From Alphaproteobacteria bacterium (GTDB taxonomy: Bacteria; Pseudomonadota; Alphaproteobacteria; UBA2136; JAPKEQ01): a stretch of DNA of 51,464 nucleotides. The stretch lies in NCBI GenBank assembly GCA_028821995.1, contig JAPKEQ010000002.1:1-51464 (forward strand), given 5' to 3'. Under the pieces are notes generated by a model, which saw nothing but the letters and a program-made list of their open reading frames with translations, made no database searches and had not been told where the DNA came from. Both the position numbers and the translations under genes were made by a program. Shown here piece by piece: positions 35,341 to 43,894 of this stretch. The first letter of the stretch is position 1; the number at the start of each line of letters is the position of its first letter.

Positions 35341-35485
35341 ATTTTTCTTCTAGCTCCGTTTCACTTACAACAAGATAGTCCCAAACAATATCAGGCCAAT
35401 CATCCATAGCCACTTCGCCTTCTATATCAGAAAGCTTAGAATCTGGCTCTTCAATAGCCATGAGCTCAAGGATCGTATCTTGCAT
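35324..35485 (-). CDS. candidate small acidic protein (53 aa, below the ORF-track cutoff)
   Basis: Hand translation gives MQDTILELMAIEEPDSKLSDIEGEVAMDDWPDIVWDYLVVSETELEEKYAQAS. It overlaps the next ORF by 17 nt. The SD is weak. Confidence 0.3.
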   Translation of the reverse strand: MQDTILELMAIEEPDSKLSDIEGEVAMDDWPDIVWDYLVVSETELEEKYAQAS

Positions 35486-35517
35486 ATTTCTTGTTCTTAT
35501 TTTTATTAAAGGTACAT

Positions 35518-35544
35518 AAAAAAAGGCGCTATTTCTAGCGCCTT
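35518..35544 (-). terminator. intrinsic terminator after rsmI
   Basis: On the minus strand: aaggcgct-agaaat-agcgcctt followed by TTTTTTT. Confidence 0.8.
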
Positions 35545-35588
35545 AAAGGTATATGCCTGTTTGAAGCTGACCCTATGTGCTCACAAGG

Positions 35589-36416
35589 TCACGATTTTAA
35601 AGTTTCAATTTTTTTATAAAGCTCCGCACCGCTCAGGGGCGTTTTTTCCTTAAGCATATCGCGAATTTTTTTCACCTTATGGCCATCACCAAGAAGAGAA
35701 AGAATTTCTGATTCTAGCCCTTCATCTGTAAGAAGGTGGCTTCCTTCTACTGCGCCATCAATCACCACAACAAATTCGCCAAGCACTTCTTTGCGATTCT
35801 CTAAAGATGCCTTCACCTCACTGAGCGCGCCTGTTAAATGCTCCTCATAAGTTTTGGTAAGCTCGCGCCCTACAAAGCAATTTCTGTCCCCAAGAAGGCG
35901 CTCAACATCTGCAAGCGTTTCTAAAATGCGGTGCGGCGCCTCGTAGATCACAAGGCTAAATGGCAGCTCTTTTACAGTCCCTACAAGCGTTTCTCTTGCC
36001 TTATTTTGACGAGGCAAAAATCCAAGGAAGGTAAAACGATCAGAAGAAAGCCCCGAAAGCGCGACACCCATTGTCAGCGCAGATGTGCCACCGGAGGCTT
36101 TCACATCAATACCCGCCGCACGCGCAGCACGTACAAGCAAAAACCCAGGGTCGCTAATACATGGCATGCCCGCATCGCTCACATAAGCAACGGTTTTGCC
36201 TTCCATGAGAAGATTTACAATCCCCTTTACGGATGAATGCTCATTATGTGCCCCGTGAGAAAGCAGCTTATCAGGCGTAATATCATGAATACCAAAAAGA
36301 CGAAGCGCTTTGCGTGTATCTTCTGCTGCAATCACATCCGCGGACTTTAAAATGTCTACAGCGTGGGGCGTCATGTCCCCTTCTCTGCCAATAGGTACGC
36401 CAACAAGCCAAAGCAT
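35589..36416 (-). CDS. rsmI: 16S rRNA (cytidine1402-2'-O)-methyltransferase
   Basis: The track ORF reaches 36482. The ATG at 36416 (MLWLVGVPIGREGDMTPHAVDILKSADVIAAEDTR) overlaps the upstream stop as TAATG. The fold is tetrapyrrole-methylase type and includes SDAGMPCISDPG. Confidence 0.88.
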   Translation of the reverse strand: MLWLVGVPIGREGDMTPHAVDILKSADVIAAEDTRKALRLFGIHDITPDKLLSHGAHNEHSSVKGIVNLLMEGKTVAYVSDAGMPCISDPGFLLVRAARAAGIDVKASGGTSALTMGVALSGLSSDRFTFLGFLPRQNKARETLVGTVKELPFSLVIYEAPHRILETLADVERLLGDRNCFVGRELTKTYEEHLTGALSEVKASLENRKEVLGEFVVVIDGAVEGSHLLTDEGLESEILSLLGDGHKVKKIRDMLKEKTPLSGAELYKKIETLKS

Positions 36417-37075
36417 TACAGTACCTCTACCTTCCAGTAAACTGTTGCGCGGCCGCTGCCTTTTGTAAGACGAGACGCCCAAGTACTGGCCACATCTACT
36501 TTTTCGCCAGAGGCAAAAAATTGATGCTCATGCCATTTAAAGCCGGCCTTTTCCCATAAAGGTTTTACATGGCTTTCAAGTGTTTCGGCTGTAATCTCTG
36601 GCAAGTGATTGGTGCGAAGTGTTTCACTATCTTGCAAAGCAAAAAGGTTAACGTAAACATCACCAATCGCTTTGTCTTTTAGGCATTTTTTAATACCGTT
36701 TAAAAAATCTTCATCTGCAAGAACAGTGACGTCAAGCAGGCTTCCCCATGGAAAATTAATGCTAAAAGTATCAGCAACTGGCTGGGTAAAATCTTCTGGC
36801 AGATCAAGCGCATTTGCGCACACAAAGCGCACATTAGACGCGCCGCCCTTAGCAGGTTTTTTAGCAGCTTTTGTAGCGCCAACAGCAAGGCTGTCCCGGT
36901 CTGCATCAAGGCCAATGACAAGCTCATTTTCTATTTTTCGGGCACGACGAAGAGCAAACATGCCGTCCCCTGTTCCAAAGTCAATATGAACTTTAGGGTG
37001 CGACTTGCACAATGAGAGAAAGTCGTCTGATGAAATATTCAGACGACTTTTCTTGCTTTCAATGATTTCAACCAA
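36416..37075 (-). CDS. class I SAM-dependent methyltransferase resembling the KamB/NpmA 16S rRNA (adenine1408-N1)-methyltransferase family
   Basis: 219 aa. The blocks VHIDFGTGDG, VIGLDAD, KAAKKPAKGGASNV, FSINFPWGSLL and STWASRL line up in order with the KamB and NpmA sequences as I recall them. Confidence 0.6.
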   Translation of the reverse strand: MVEIIESKKSRLNISSDDFLSLCKSHPKVHIDFGTGDGMFALRRARKIENELVIGLDADRDSLAVGATKAAKKPAKGGASNVRFVCANALDLPEDFTQPVADTFSINFPWGSLLDVTVLADEDFLNGIKKCLKDKAIGDVYVNLFALQDSETLRTNHLPEITAETLESHVKPLWEKAGFKWHEHQFFASGEKVDVASTWASRLTKGSGRATVYWKVEVL

Positions 37076-37086
37076 TGAAGTAACCC

Positions 37087-38472
37087 TTAGCTATGCAGCG
37101 CGCGGCCATCCACAGCAAGGGCTGCTTCTTTTGTCGCTTCGCTCATTGTTGGGTGGGCATGCACGCTACGAGCAATATCTTCAGCTGATGCACTAAATTC
37201 CATTGCAACAGCGGCTTCCGCAATCATTTCAGATGCGTTTTTACCAATAATATGCACGCCAAGCACTCTGTCTGTTTCTTTATCAGCAATAATTTTTACA
37301 AATCCGTCCGCTGCGCCCATAGCAAGTGCGCGCCCATTGGCCTGAAAAGGAAACTTACCGACATTAACAGCACGGCCACCTTCTTTCGCTTCTTCTTCTG
37401 TTTTACCAACGCCAGCAATTTCAGGTTCAGTGTAAACAACCCAAGGAATGCAATCGTAGTTCACATGTCCAGCAATACCAGCAATACGCTCTACGCAAGC
37501 AACGCCTTCTTCTTCGCCTTTATGGGCAAGCATAGGGCCTTTAACACAGTCTCCAATAGCGTAAACGCCTTTAACATTTGTTTGACCGTGATGACCTGTT
37601 TCAATCACGCCACGCTCGTCGTAAGCAACACCAGCTTTATCTAGTGTTAAACTTTCTGTAAAGGCACGACGGCCAACAGCTACAAGCACCTTATCAGCAT
37701 CTAGAATTTCTTCTTTACCGCCAATATCAATTTTAACTTTGGCTTTAGCGCCTTTTACATCAACGCTTACAACTTTAGCGCCAAGCTTAAATTTAAGACC
37801 TTGCTTCTTGAAGAGTTTCTCAGATTCTTTACCAAGATCTTTATCCATCACAGCAACAGGACGTTCTGCAATATCTACAAGCGTAACATCACAACCAAGG
37901 CGTCCCCATACAGAGCCCATTTCAAGACCAATAACACCGGCGCCAATCACAACCATTTTGGCTGGCACTTTATCGAGCGCAAGAGCATCTGTGCTATCAA
38001 TCACTACCTTGTGGTCATATTTTGCAAAAGGCAGTTCAATAGGCGTAGAGCCTGCTGCTAGAAGAATATGTTCAGCTTTAAGTGTAGCCTTGCCATCTAT
38101 AGCAACAACACCCTCACCCTCAAGAGAGCCAAAACCATTAATCACATCAACCTTGTTCTTCTTCATAAGAAAAGCAACACCGCCCGTAAGCTTGCCTACA
38201 ACCTCATCTTTGCGCGCAATCATCTTCTTGATGTCAATTTTAACGCCCGATGCGCTAATACCGTGACCTGCAAGCTCATGCTTAGCATCATGATATTTCT
38301 CAGATGAGTTAAGAAGTGCCTTTGAAGGGATACAGCCCACGTTTAAACATGTACCACCCAATGTTTTATCTTTTTCAATAATGGCTGTTTTAAAACCAAG
38401 CTGGCCAGCGCGGATAGCCGCAACATAGCCCGCAGGGCCAGAACCGATAACAACAAGATCATATTGTTTCAT
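37087..38472 (-). CDS. lpdA: dihydrolipoyl dehydrogenase (E3)
   Basis: 461 aa. Contains GSGPAGYVAAIRA, the redox disulfide GGTCLNVGCIPSK, and HAHPTMSE. Confidence 0.95.
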   Translation of the reverse strand: MKQYDLVVIGSGPAGYVAAIRAGQLGFKTAIIEKDKTLGGTCLNVGCIPSKALLNSSEKYHDAKHELAGHGISASGVKIDIKKMIARKDEVVGKLTGGVAFLMKKNKVDVINGFGSLEGEGVVAIDGKATLKAEHILLAAGSTPIELPFAKYDHKVVIDSTDALALDKVPAKMVVIGAGVIGLEMGSVWGRLGCDVTLVDIAERPVAVMDKDLGKESEKLFKKQGLKFKLGAKVVSVDVKGAKAKVKIDIGGKEEILDADKVLVAVGRRAFTESLTLDKAGVAYDERGVIETGHHGQTNVKGVYAIGDCVKGPMLAHKGEEEGVACVERIAGIAGHVNYDCIPWVVYTEPEIAGVGKTEEEAKEGGRAVNVGKFPFQANGRALAMGAADGFVKIIADKETDRVLGVHIIGKNASEMIAEAAVAMEFSASAEDIARSVHAHPTMSEATKEAALAVDGRALHS

Positions 38473-38497
38473 TATTTTTTCCTATTATTTATAAATT

Positions 38498-38884
38498 TTA
38501 AAAAATCAGCGCCAGTGCAAAAGCAAACATTGGAATAAATGTAGCAAACATTGCAACTTGGCGAAAACGTATTGTTTTATACTTTTCTTCAAATATAACA
38601 ATGCTATAAGCATGACCAACACGACCTAGAATAAATATTCCAGCCAGCATCGTAAACCAGTGCTCTGCAAGCTCTCCCTGAAGCTCTACAAGAGCCATAA
38701 GAACAAGAACAAGGGGCGTATACTCAGCAAAATTTCCATGTGCGCGAACTGTTCTTCGAATCAATCCTTCAGGCACATCAAGAGTCTGCCCCTCTTTCAT
38801 GCGGTACTTGATCACAAGGATAGAAAGTACCGTATAAAGAAGAGCAAGCAGACCTGCAGTAAGGGATGTAATCTCTAAGTTCAT
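38498..38884 (-). CDS. MAPEG-family membrane protein
   Basis: 128 aa with about 4 TM helices. RAHGNFAEYTPLVLVL matches the MAPEG N-x2-E-x3-P-type signature. Confidence 0.65.
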   Translation of the reverse strand: MNLEITSLTAGLLALLYTVLSILVIKYRMKEGQTLDVPEGLIRRTVRAHGNFAEYTPLVLVLMALVELQGELAEHWFTMLAGIFILGRVGHAYSIVIFEEKYKTIRFRQVAMFATFIPMFAFALALIF

Positions 38885-38887
38885 ATA

Positions 38888-40096
38888 TTAAACTCCAATG
38901 AGAAGACGGCCAGGATCTTCAAGTACTTCTTTAATATGCTTCACAAAGCTGACGGCTTCACGGCCATCAACAATACGGTGATCATATGTCATCGCAAGGT
39001 ACATCATTGGGCGGATTTCAACTTTGCCATCAACGGCTACAGGTCGCTGCTGAATAGAGTGCATACCCAAAATACCAACTTGTGGGTAGTTCAGAATCGG
39101 CATGCTCATCATCGAGCCAAACACGCCGCCATTTGTAATGGTGAATGTACCGCCAGCCATATCATCAGGCATAAGCTTCCCATCGCGCGCTTTTGCGCCA
39201 AAACCTGCAATAGATTTTTCAATCTCAGCAAAGCTCATTTGATCCGCGTCACGAATAACAGGTACAACAAGGCCGCGCTCTGTGCTCACAGCAATACCCA
39301 TGTTGTAGTAGTTTTTGTAAACAATTTCGTCGCCATCAATTTCAGCGTTAAGTGCAGGCCAAGCTTTAAGAGCATCAATCGCCGCTTTAGTAAAGAAGCT
39401 CATAAAGCCGAGCTTAATATCGTTCTTCTTCACAAATTGATCTTGGTAAGACTTACGAAGTTCCATAACCTTTGTTAAATCAACTTCATTGTAAGTTGTA
39501 AGCATAGCTGCTGTGTTTTGAGACGTTTTAAGGCGCCCCGCAATCACCTGACGAAGCTTGCTCATCTTCACACGCTCTTCACGCTCAGCAGTATTTTGCT
39601 TCGCTACAGGAGCCGGCGTTGAGGCTGGAGCTTTAACAGCGCCGCCTTTCATAAATTTTTGTACATCTTCTTTGGTAAGGCGGCCCCCTTTGCCTGTACC
39701 GGCAATATCAGCAGCATTAAGGCTGTTTTCTTCTACCATGCGGCGCACAGCAGGAGAAAGGTCATCTGGTAAGGATACAGCAGCGGTTGCAGGTGCTGCA
39801 GTTTTTGGCGCTTCTGCAGGAGCCTCTTCCGCAGCAGCAGGTGTTGCGCCACCTTCAGCACTCTCATCAATTTCGCCCATGCTATCACCAGGAGAGACGG
39901 TATCACCCTCACCCGTCATAATTTTCATCAACTTACCAGCTTGAGGCGCATTCACCTCAAGGTTTACTTTATCTGTTTCAAGCTCAGCAATAAGCTCATC
40001 TTGCTGAACAAACTCACCTTCAGCTTTAAGCCATTTTGCGACGGTTGCCTCGCTGATGCTTTCGCCCATAGTTGGGGCTTCAATTTTTACAGTCAT
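38888..40096 (-). CDS. sucB: 2-oxoglutarate dehydrogenase E2, dihydrolipoyllysine-residue succinyltransferase
   Basis: 402 aa. It has a lipoyl domain ([11 protein letters not shown]), an Ala/Pro linker, and the catalytic motif [11 protein letters not shown]. Confidence 0.95.
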   Translation of the reverse strand: MTVKIEAPTMGESISEATVAKWLKAEGEFVQQDELIAELETDKVNLEVNAPQAGKLMKIMTGEGDTVSPGDSMGEIDESAEGGATPAAAEEAPAEAPKTAAPATAAVSLPDDLSPAVRRMVEENSLNAADIAGTGKGGRLTKEDVQKFMKGGAVKAPASTPAPVAKQNTAEREERVKMSKLRQVIAGRLKTSQNTAAMLTTYNEVDLTKVMELRKSYQDQFVKKNDIKLGFMSFFTKAAIDALKAWPALNAEIDGDEIVYKNYYNMGIAVSTERGLVVPVIRDADQMSFAEIEKSIAGFGAKARDGKLMPDDMAGGTFTITNGGVFGSMMSMPILNYPQVGILGMHSIQQRPVAVDGKVEIRPMMYLAMTYDHRIVDGREAVSFVKHIKEVLEDPGRLLIGV

Positions 40097-40124
40097 TGGA
40101 ATTGTTCCTTATTATTTTGTAAAA

Positions 40125-42848
40125 CTAGTTTTTAAATACTTGGTTTAAAATGTCTTGCTGTTGTGCTGCATGCACTTTACTAGAGCCGACCGCCGGACTA
40201 GAAGAAGCAACGCGTCCAGCATAGCTTAGCTTACCACCTGTCAGCGGAGCAAGGTGTTCTAGCATGTACCACCAAGAACCTTGGTTCTTTGGTTCTTCTT
40301 GTGCCCAAACAACGTCAGCATTTTTATACGCTTTCAGCTGTTCTTTAATGTCCTTGTCAGCAAATGGGTAAAGCTCTTCTACGCGCACAATTGCCACATC
40401 TTTACGCTTTAGCTTTTCGCGTTCAGCTGCAAGGTCGTAGTAAACTTTACCTGTGCAAAGCACCAGACGTTTTACATCTTTTGCTTTTACAGTGTCATCG
40501 CCAATCACCTTGCGGAACTCGCCTTTAGTCAGCTCTGATACAGGAGAAACAGCCGCAGGGTTACGAAGCAAGCTCTTTGGCGTCATAATCACAAGCGGTT
40601 TACGCACGGTGCGGTGCATTTGACGACGCAGCACATGGAAAATTTGCGCTGGCGTTGAAAGATTACAAACGCTCCAGTTATTCTGAGCGCTCATCTGCAG
40701 GAAACGTTCCATACGTGCACTTGAGTGCTCAGGTCCTTGACCTTCAAAACCATGAGGTAGAAGAAGTACAAGTCCGCTGTAACGGCGCCACTTTGTTTCA
40801 CTTGAGCTGACAAACTGATCAATCATCATTTGCGCGCCGTTTACGAAATCACCAAACTGCGCTTCCCAAATGGTTAACGTTTTTGGATCAGCAAGAGAGT
40901 AACCAAATTCAAAGCCCATCACAGCAAGTTCGCTAAGCGCACTGTTAATAGCATTAAACTGAGAGCCGTCTTTGCTCATCGCCTGCATAGATTTATGGTA
41001 CTCACCTGTTTTTTGATCAAACACGTAAGCATGACGGTGAGTAAATGTACCACGACGCACATCTTGTCCAGTCAAACGAACACTATAACCTTCATTGAGA
41101 AGCGAGCCATAAGCCGCAACTTCTGCCGTTCCCCAATCTAGATTATCTTTACCAAGCATCATTTGCTCACGGCGATCGAGCAATTTACCAATTTTACTAT
41201 TGACGCTAAAACCTTTAGGGAGTGCAGTAAATGTATTTGCGATACTTTTTGTCATCGCAGTAGAAATTGATGTTTTGGGTTCTTTAGATACTTCACTTTG
41301 GAATTTCTGCCAAACATCGCTACCAAACATTTCAGGCTTCACTTTTGCGCCTTTTTGGTTAGCTTCTTCATAGGCAGCATCAAGTTGAGATTTATAATCC
41401 TGCTCAATCATTGCGAGGTCGCCCTCATCAATGGCCTGTGTTTCAAGAAGTTTTGCACGGTAAATCTCGTAAGGAGATTTATGCGCTTTAATTGCCGTAT
41501 ACATCACAGGATTTGTGAACATCGGGTCATCGCCCTCGTTGTGTCCAAACTTACGGTAGCACACAAGATCTACAAAAACATCCTTACCAAAGGTATTACG
41601 GTAAGCCGTTGCAAGCTCCATGACAAAGTTACACGCCTCGACGTCGTCGCCATTCACGTGGAAGATAGGCACTTGCAGCATGCGCGCAACATCTGTGCAG
41701 TACTGGCCGCTAAATGTTTCATGCTTACTGGCTGTAAAACCAATTTGGTTGTTAATAATAATATGCATGGTTCCGCCATTGGTGAAACCTTCAAGGTTTG
41801 CAAGGTTAAGCGTTTCAGCCACAATACCTTGCCCTGCAAAAGCACTATCTCCGTGAATCGTTACAGGCATAACGCGTTTTTGACCTTCAGCACCAATTTT
41901 ATCTTGTTTAGCGCGCGCGCTTCCGCACACAACAGGGTTTACCTGCTCAAGGTGAGATGGATTGTTATGAAGAGACACATGAATATCGTGTCCGCTACGT
42001 GTTTTCACATCATAAGATTTACCCATATGGTACTTCACATCACCCATGGCAAAATCATCTTCCATCACAAGCTTTTCGTTAAAAGCAGCCATAATTTCAG
42101 CAAGTGGCTTATCAAGCGTATTGGCAAGAACGTTCAAACGTCCACGGTGCGCCATGCCCATAATCACTTCAGACACGCCAGAATCACCAGCTACATCCAT
42201 CATTGTATCAAGCATAGGAATAAGCGCTTCCCCGCCCTCTACAGAAAAGCGTTTCATACCCACAAATTTAGTATGAAGGAATTTTTCAAACTGACTGGAA
42301 ACAACAAGCCCGCGAAACATACGCTGCTTTTGCTCTTTGGAATAGCTTGGCATGTTGTGCGTTTTTTCCATACGCTCAGCAAGCCATTTACGCTCTTCGC
42401 GTTCAGATGTTAGCGCGTACTGAACACCAATACGGTTACAGTAAGTTGTTTTAAGTGCCTCAACAAGGTCACGAAGTTTACCTTCACCAGAAGACAAAAG
42501 ACCGTCACTATCAACAGTTTGATTCAAATCTGCATCTGTCAGGTTAAATGCGGCAAGGCTAAGGTCTGCACCAAGCTCAGGCGCATCAGAAAGAGGATCT
42601 AAATGTGCGTATTTATGACCATGATTACGGTACGCGTTAATCATACGTGACACACGGTTTTGGAGTGAGCCTTCAACCTTACTGGTAGCGCCTGGCATTT
42701 TTTTAGATATAATATCTTGGCCAGTTTTAACGCTTTCAAAGAAAGTGCGCCACTCATGTGAAACTGAATTTGGGTCTTGTTGAAATTGCTCGAAAATAGA
42801 TTCTACATAGTCCGAATTGGACGCATACATAGTGCTGAAACGATCCAC
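40125..42848 (-). CDS. sucA: 2-oxoglutarate dehydrogenase E1 component
   Basis: 907 aa. Contains HRGRLNVL, the ThDP motif HGDSAFAGQG, and LLLPHGFEGQGPEHSS. Confidence 0.96.
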   Translation of the reverse strand: MDRFSTMYASNSDYVESIFEQFQQDPNSVSHEWRTFFESVKTGQDIISKKMPGATSKVEGSLQNRVSRMINAYRNHGHKYAHLDPLSDAPELGADLSLAAFNLTDADLNQTVDSDGLLSSGEGKLRDLVEALKTTYCNRIGVQYALTSEREERKWLAERMEKTHNMPSYSKEQKQRMFRGLVVSSQFEKFLHTKFVGMKRFSVEGGEALIPMLDTMMDVAGDSGVSEVIMGMAHRGRLNVLANTLDKPLAEIMAAFNEKLVMEDDFAMGDVKYHMGKSYDVKTRSGHDIHVSLHNNPSHLEQVNPVVCGSARAKQDKIGAEGQKRVMPVTIHGDSAFAGQGIVAETLNLANLEGFTNGGTMHIIINNQIGFTASKHETFSGQYCTDVARMLQVPIFHVNGDDVEACNFVMELATAYRNTFGKDVFVDLVCYRKFGHNEGDDPMFTNPVMYTAIKAHKSPYEIYRAKLLETQAIDEGDLAMIEQDYKSQLDAAYEEANQKGAKVKPEMFGSDVWQKFQSEVSKEPKTSISTAMTKSIANTFTALPKGFSVNSKIGKLLDRREQMMLGKDNLDWGTAEVAAYGSLLNEGYSVRLTGQDVRRGTFTHRHAYVFDQKTGEYHKSMQAMSKDGSQFNAINSALSELAVMGFEFGYSLADPKTLTIWEAQFGDFVNGAQMMIDQFVSSSETKWRRYSGLVLLLPHGFEGQGPEHSSARMERFLQMSAQNNWSVCNLSTPAQIFHVLRRQMHRTVRKPLVIMTPKSLLRNPAAVSPVSELTKGEFRKVIGDDTVKAKDVKRLVLCTGKVYYDLAAEREKLKRKDVAIVRVEELYPFADKDIKEQLKAYKNADVVWAQEEPKNQGSWWYMLEHLAPLTGGKLSYAGRVASSSPAVGSSKVHAAQQQDILNQVFKN

Positions 42849-42937
42849 AGCGCATGCCTTTATTTTTTGTTATTTTTTAGACAGAGCCTATTCTAACAGG
42901 CAGCGAGGCGTTAAACAAGTTTAAGGACAGAGGAATA

Positions 42938-43894
42938 TCAAGATTTAACAGCAAGGCTTTGCAGGAAAGCATCAACCCCGTCTAAAACAGCCTGCTTTTC
43001 CGTTTGCGGGTTCTCTACGATAAGGTCAGCAGGGTACTGGCCTCTTAGCCATGTACGCTGACGTTTTGCATAGCGCCGCATTTGCTGAGACACCTTTTCC
43101 ATGAGCTCTTCCCAAGGAAGCACCCCTTCAAAGTAGTTATAAAAATCAGGTGCACCAATGCTGGTCATAGCCGGAAGATTCAGCGGATATTTTTTATCAT
43201 ACAATGTACGCATTTCAGCCTCAACACCATCATCAACCATAATATCAAACCTAAGGTTAATACGATCAATAAGGCGCTGGCGTTCAGGGTTCAAGGCCAC
43301 ATAAAAAGGTTTACATTCAAGCGCACCCTCTTTAGGAAGCTTTTGCCAATACGCAATACTCTTTCCAGAGGTTAAAAACACAGAAAGAGCGCGTACAATT
43401 TTTTGCTTATCTTCTGGCTCAATGTTTTCTGCCGCTAAAGGGTCTTTATTCTGCAACTCTGCATAAAGGTTTGCACTATCGCGCAGCATGAGCCGTTCAA
43501 CCAGCCCTTCTTCCGCAGCAGGAATTGGCGAGAGCCCCTCCAAAAGTGATTGAATATAAAACCCCGTCCCTCCAAGAAGTACAGGCACTTTTCCTCGCGC
43601 CCAAACATCTTCACAAACATTTTTTGCCATACCTGCATATTTAATGGCATCACATTTTTCACTAACATCCAAAACTTCATACAAATGATGCGGTGCACCT
43701 GCCTGCTCCTCATCCGTGGGCATAGCTGTAATGATTGGCATTTCTCTGTAAAGCTGACGGCTATCAACATTCACCACTTCACCGCCAATATGGTTCGCAA
43801 GATCAACTCCTAATGAGGTTTTACCAGAAGCTGTTGGTCCAAAAAGAACAACAAGGGGGCGTATGCCCCCTTGTGTAATGTGAGTGTTTATCAC
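42938..43894 (-). CDS. miaA: tRNA dimethylallyltransferase
   Basis: 318 aa. Contains the P-loop GPTASGKTS, plus DSRQLYREMPIITA and GGTGFY. Confidence 0.92.
   Translation of the reverse strand: MINTHITQGGIRPLVVLFGPTASGKTSLGVDLANHIGGEVVNVDSRQLYREMPIITAMPTDEEQAGAPHHLYEVLDVSEKCDAIKYAGMAKNVCEDVWARGKVPVLLGGTGFYIQSLLEGLSPIPAAEEGLVERLMLRDSANLYAELQNKDPLAAENIEPEDKQKIVRALSVFLTSGKSIAYWQKLPKEGALECKPFYVALNPERQRLIDRINLRFDIMVDDGVEAEMRTLYDKKYPLNLPAMTSIGAPDFYNYFEGVLPWEELMEKVSQQMRRYAKRQRTWLRGQYPADLIVENPQTEKQAVLDGVDAFLQSLAVKS

Noticed and set aside
37252-39944. Several 80-180-aa plus-strand ORFs opposite lpdA and sucB.
   Set aside because: All are antisense to genes with strong family signatures. They are typical shadow frames.
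41298-42413. 371-aa plus-strand ORF, the longest unexplained ORF in the track.
   Set aside because: It lies entirely antisense to sucA, which has unmistakable E1o motifs. Its composition is low-complexity and rich in Phe, His, Lys and Ile, with no start signals. It is a shadow ORF.
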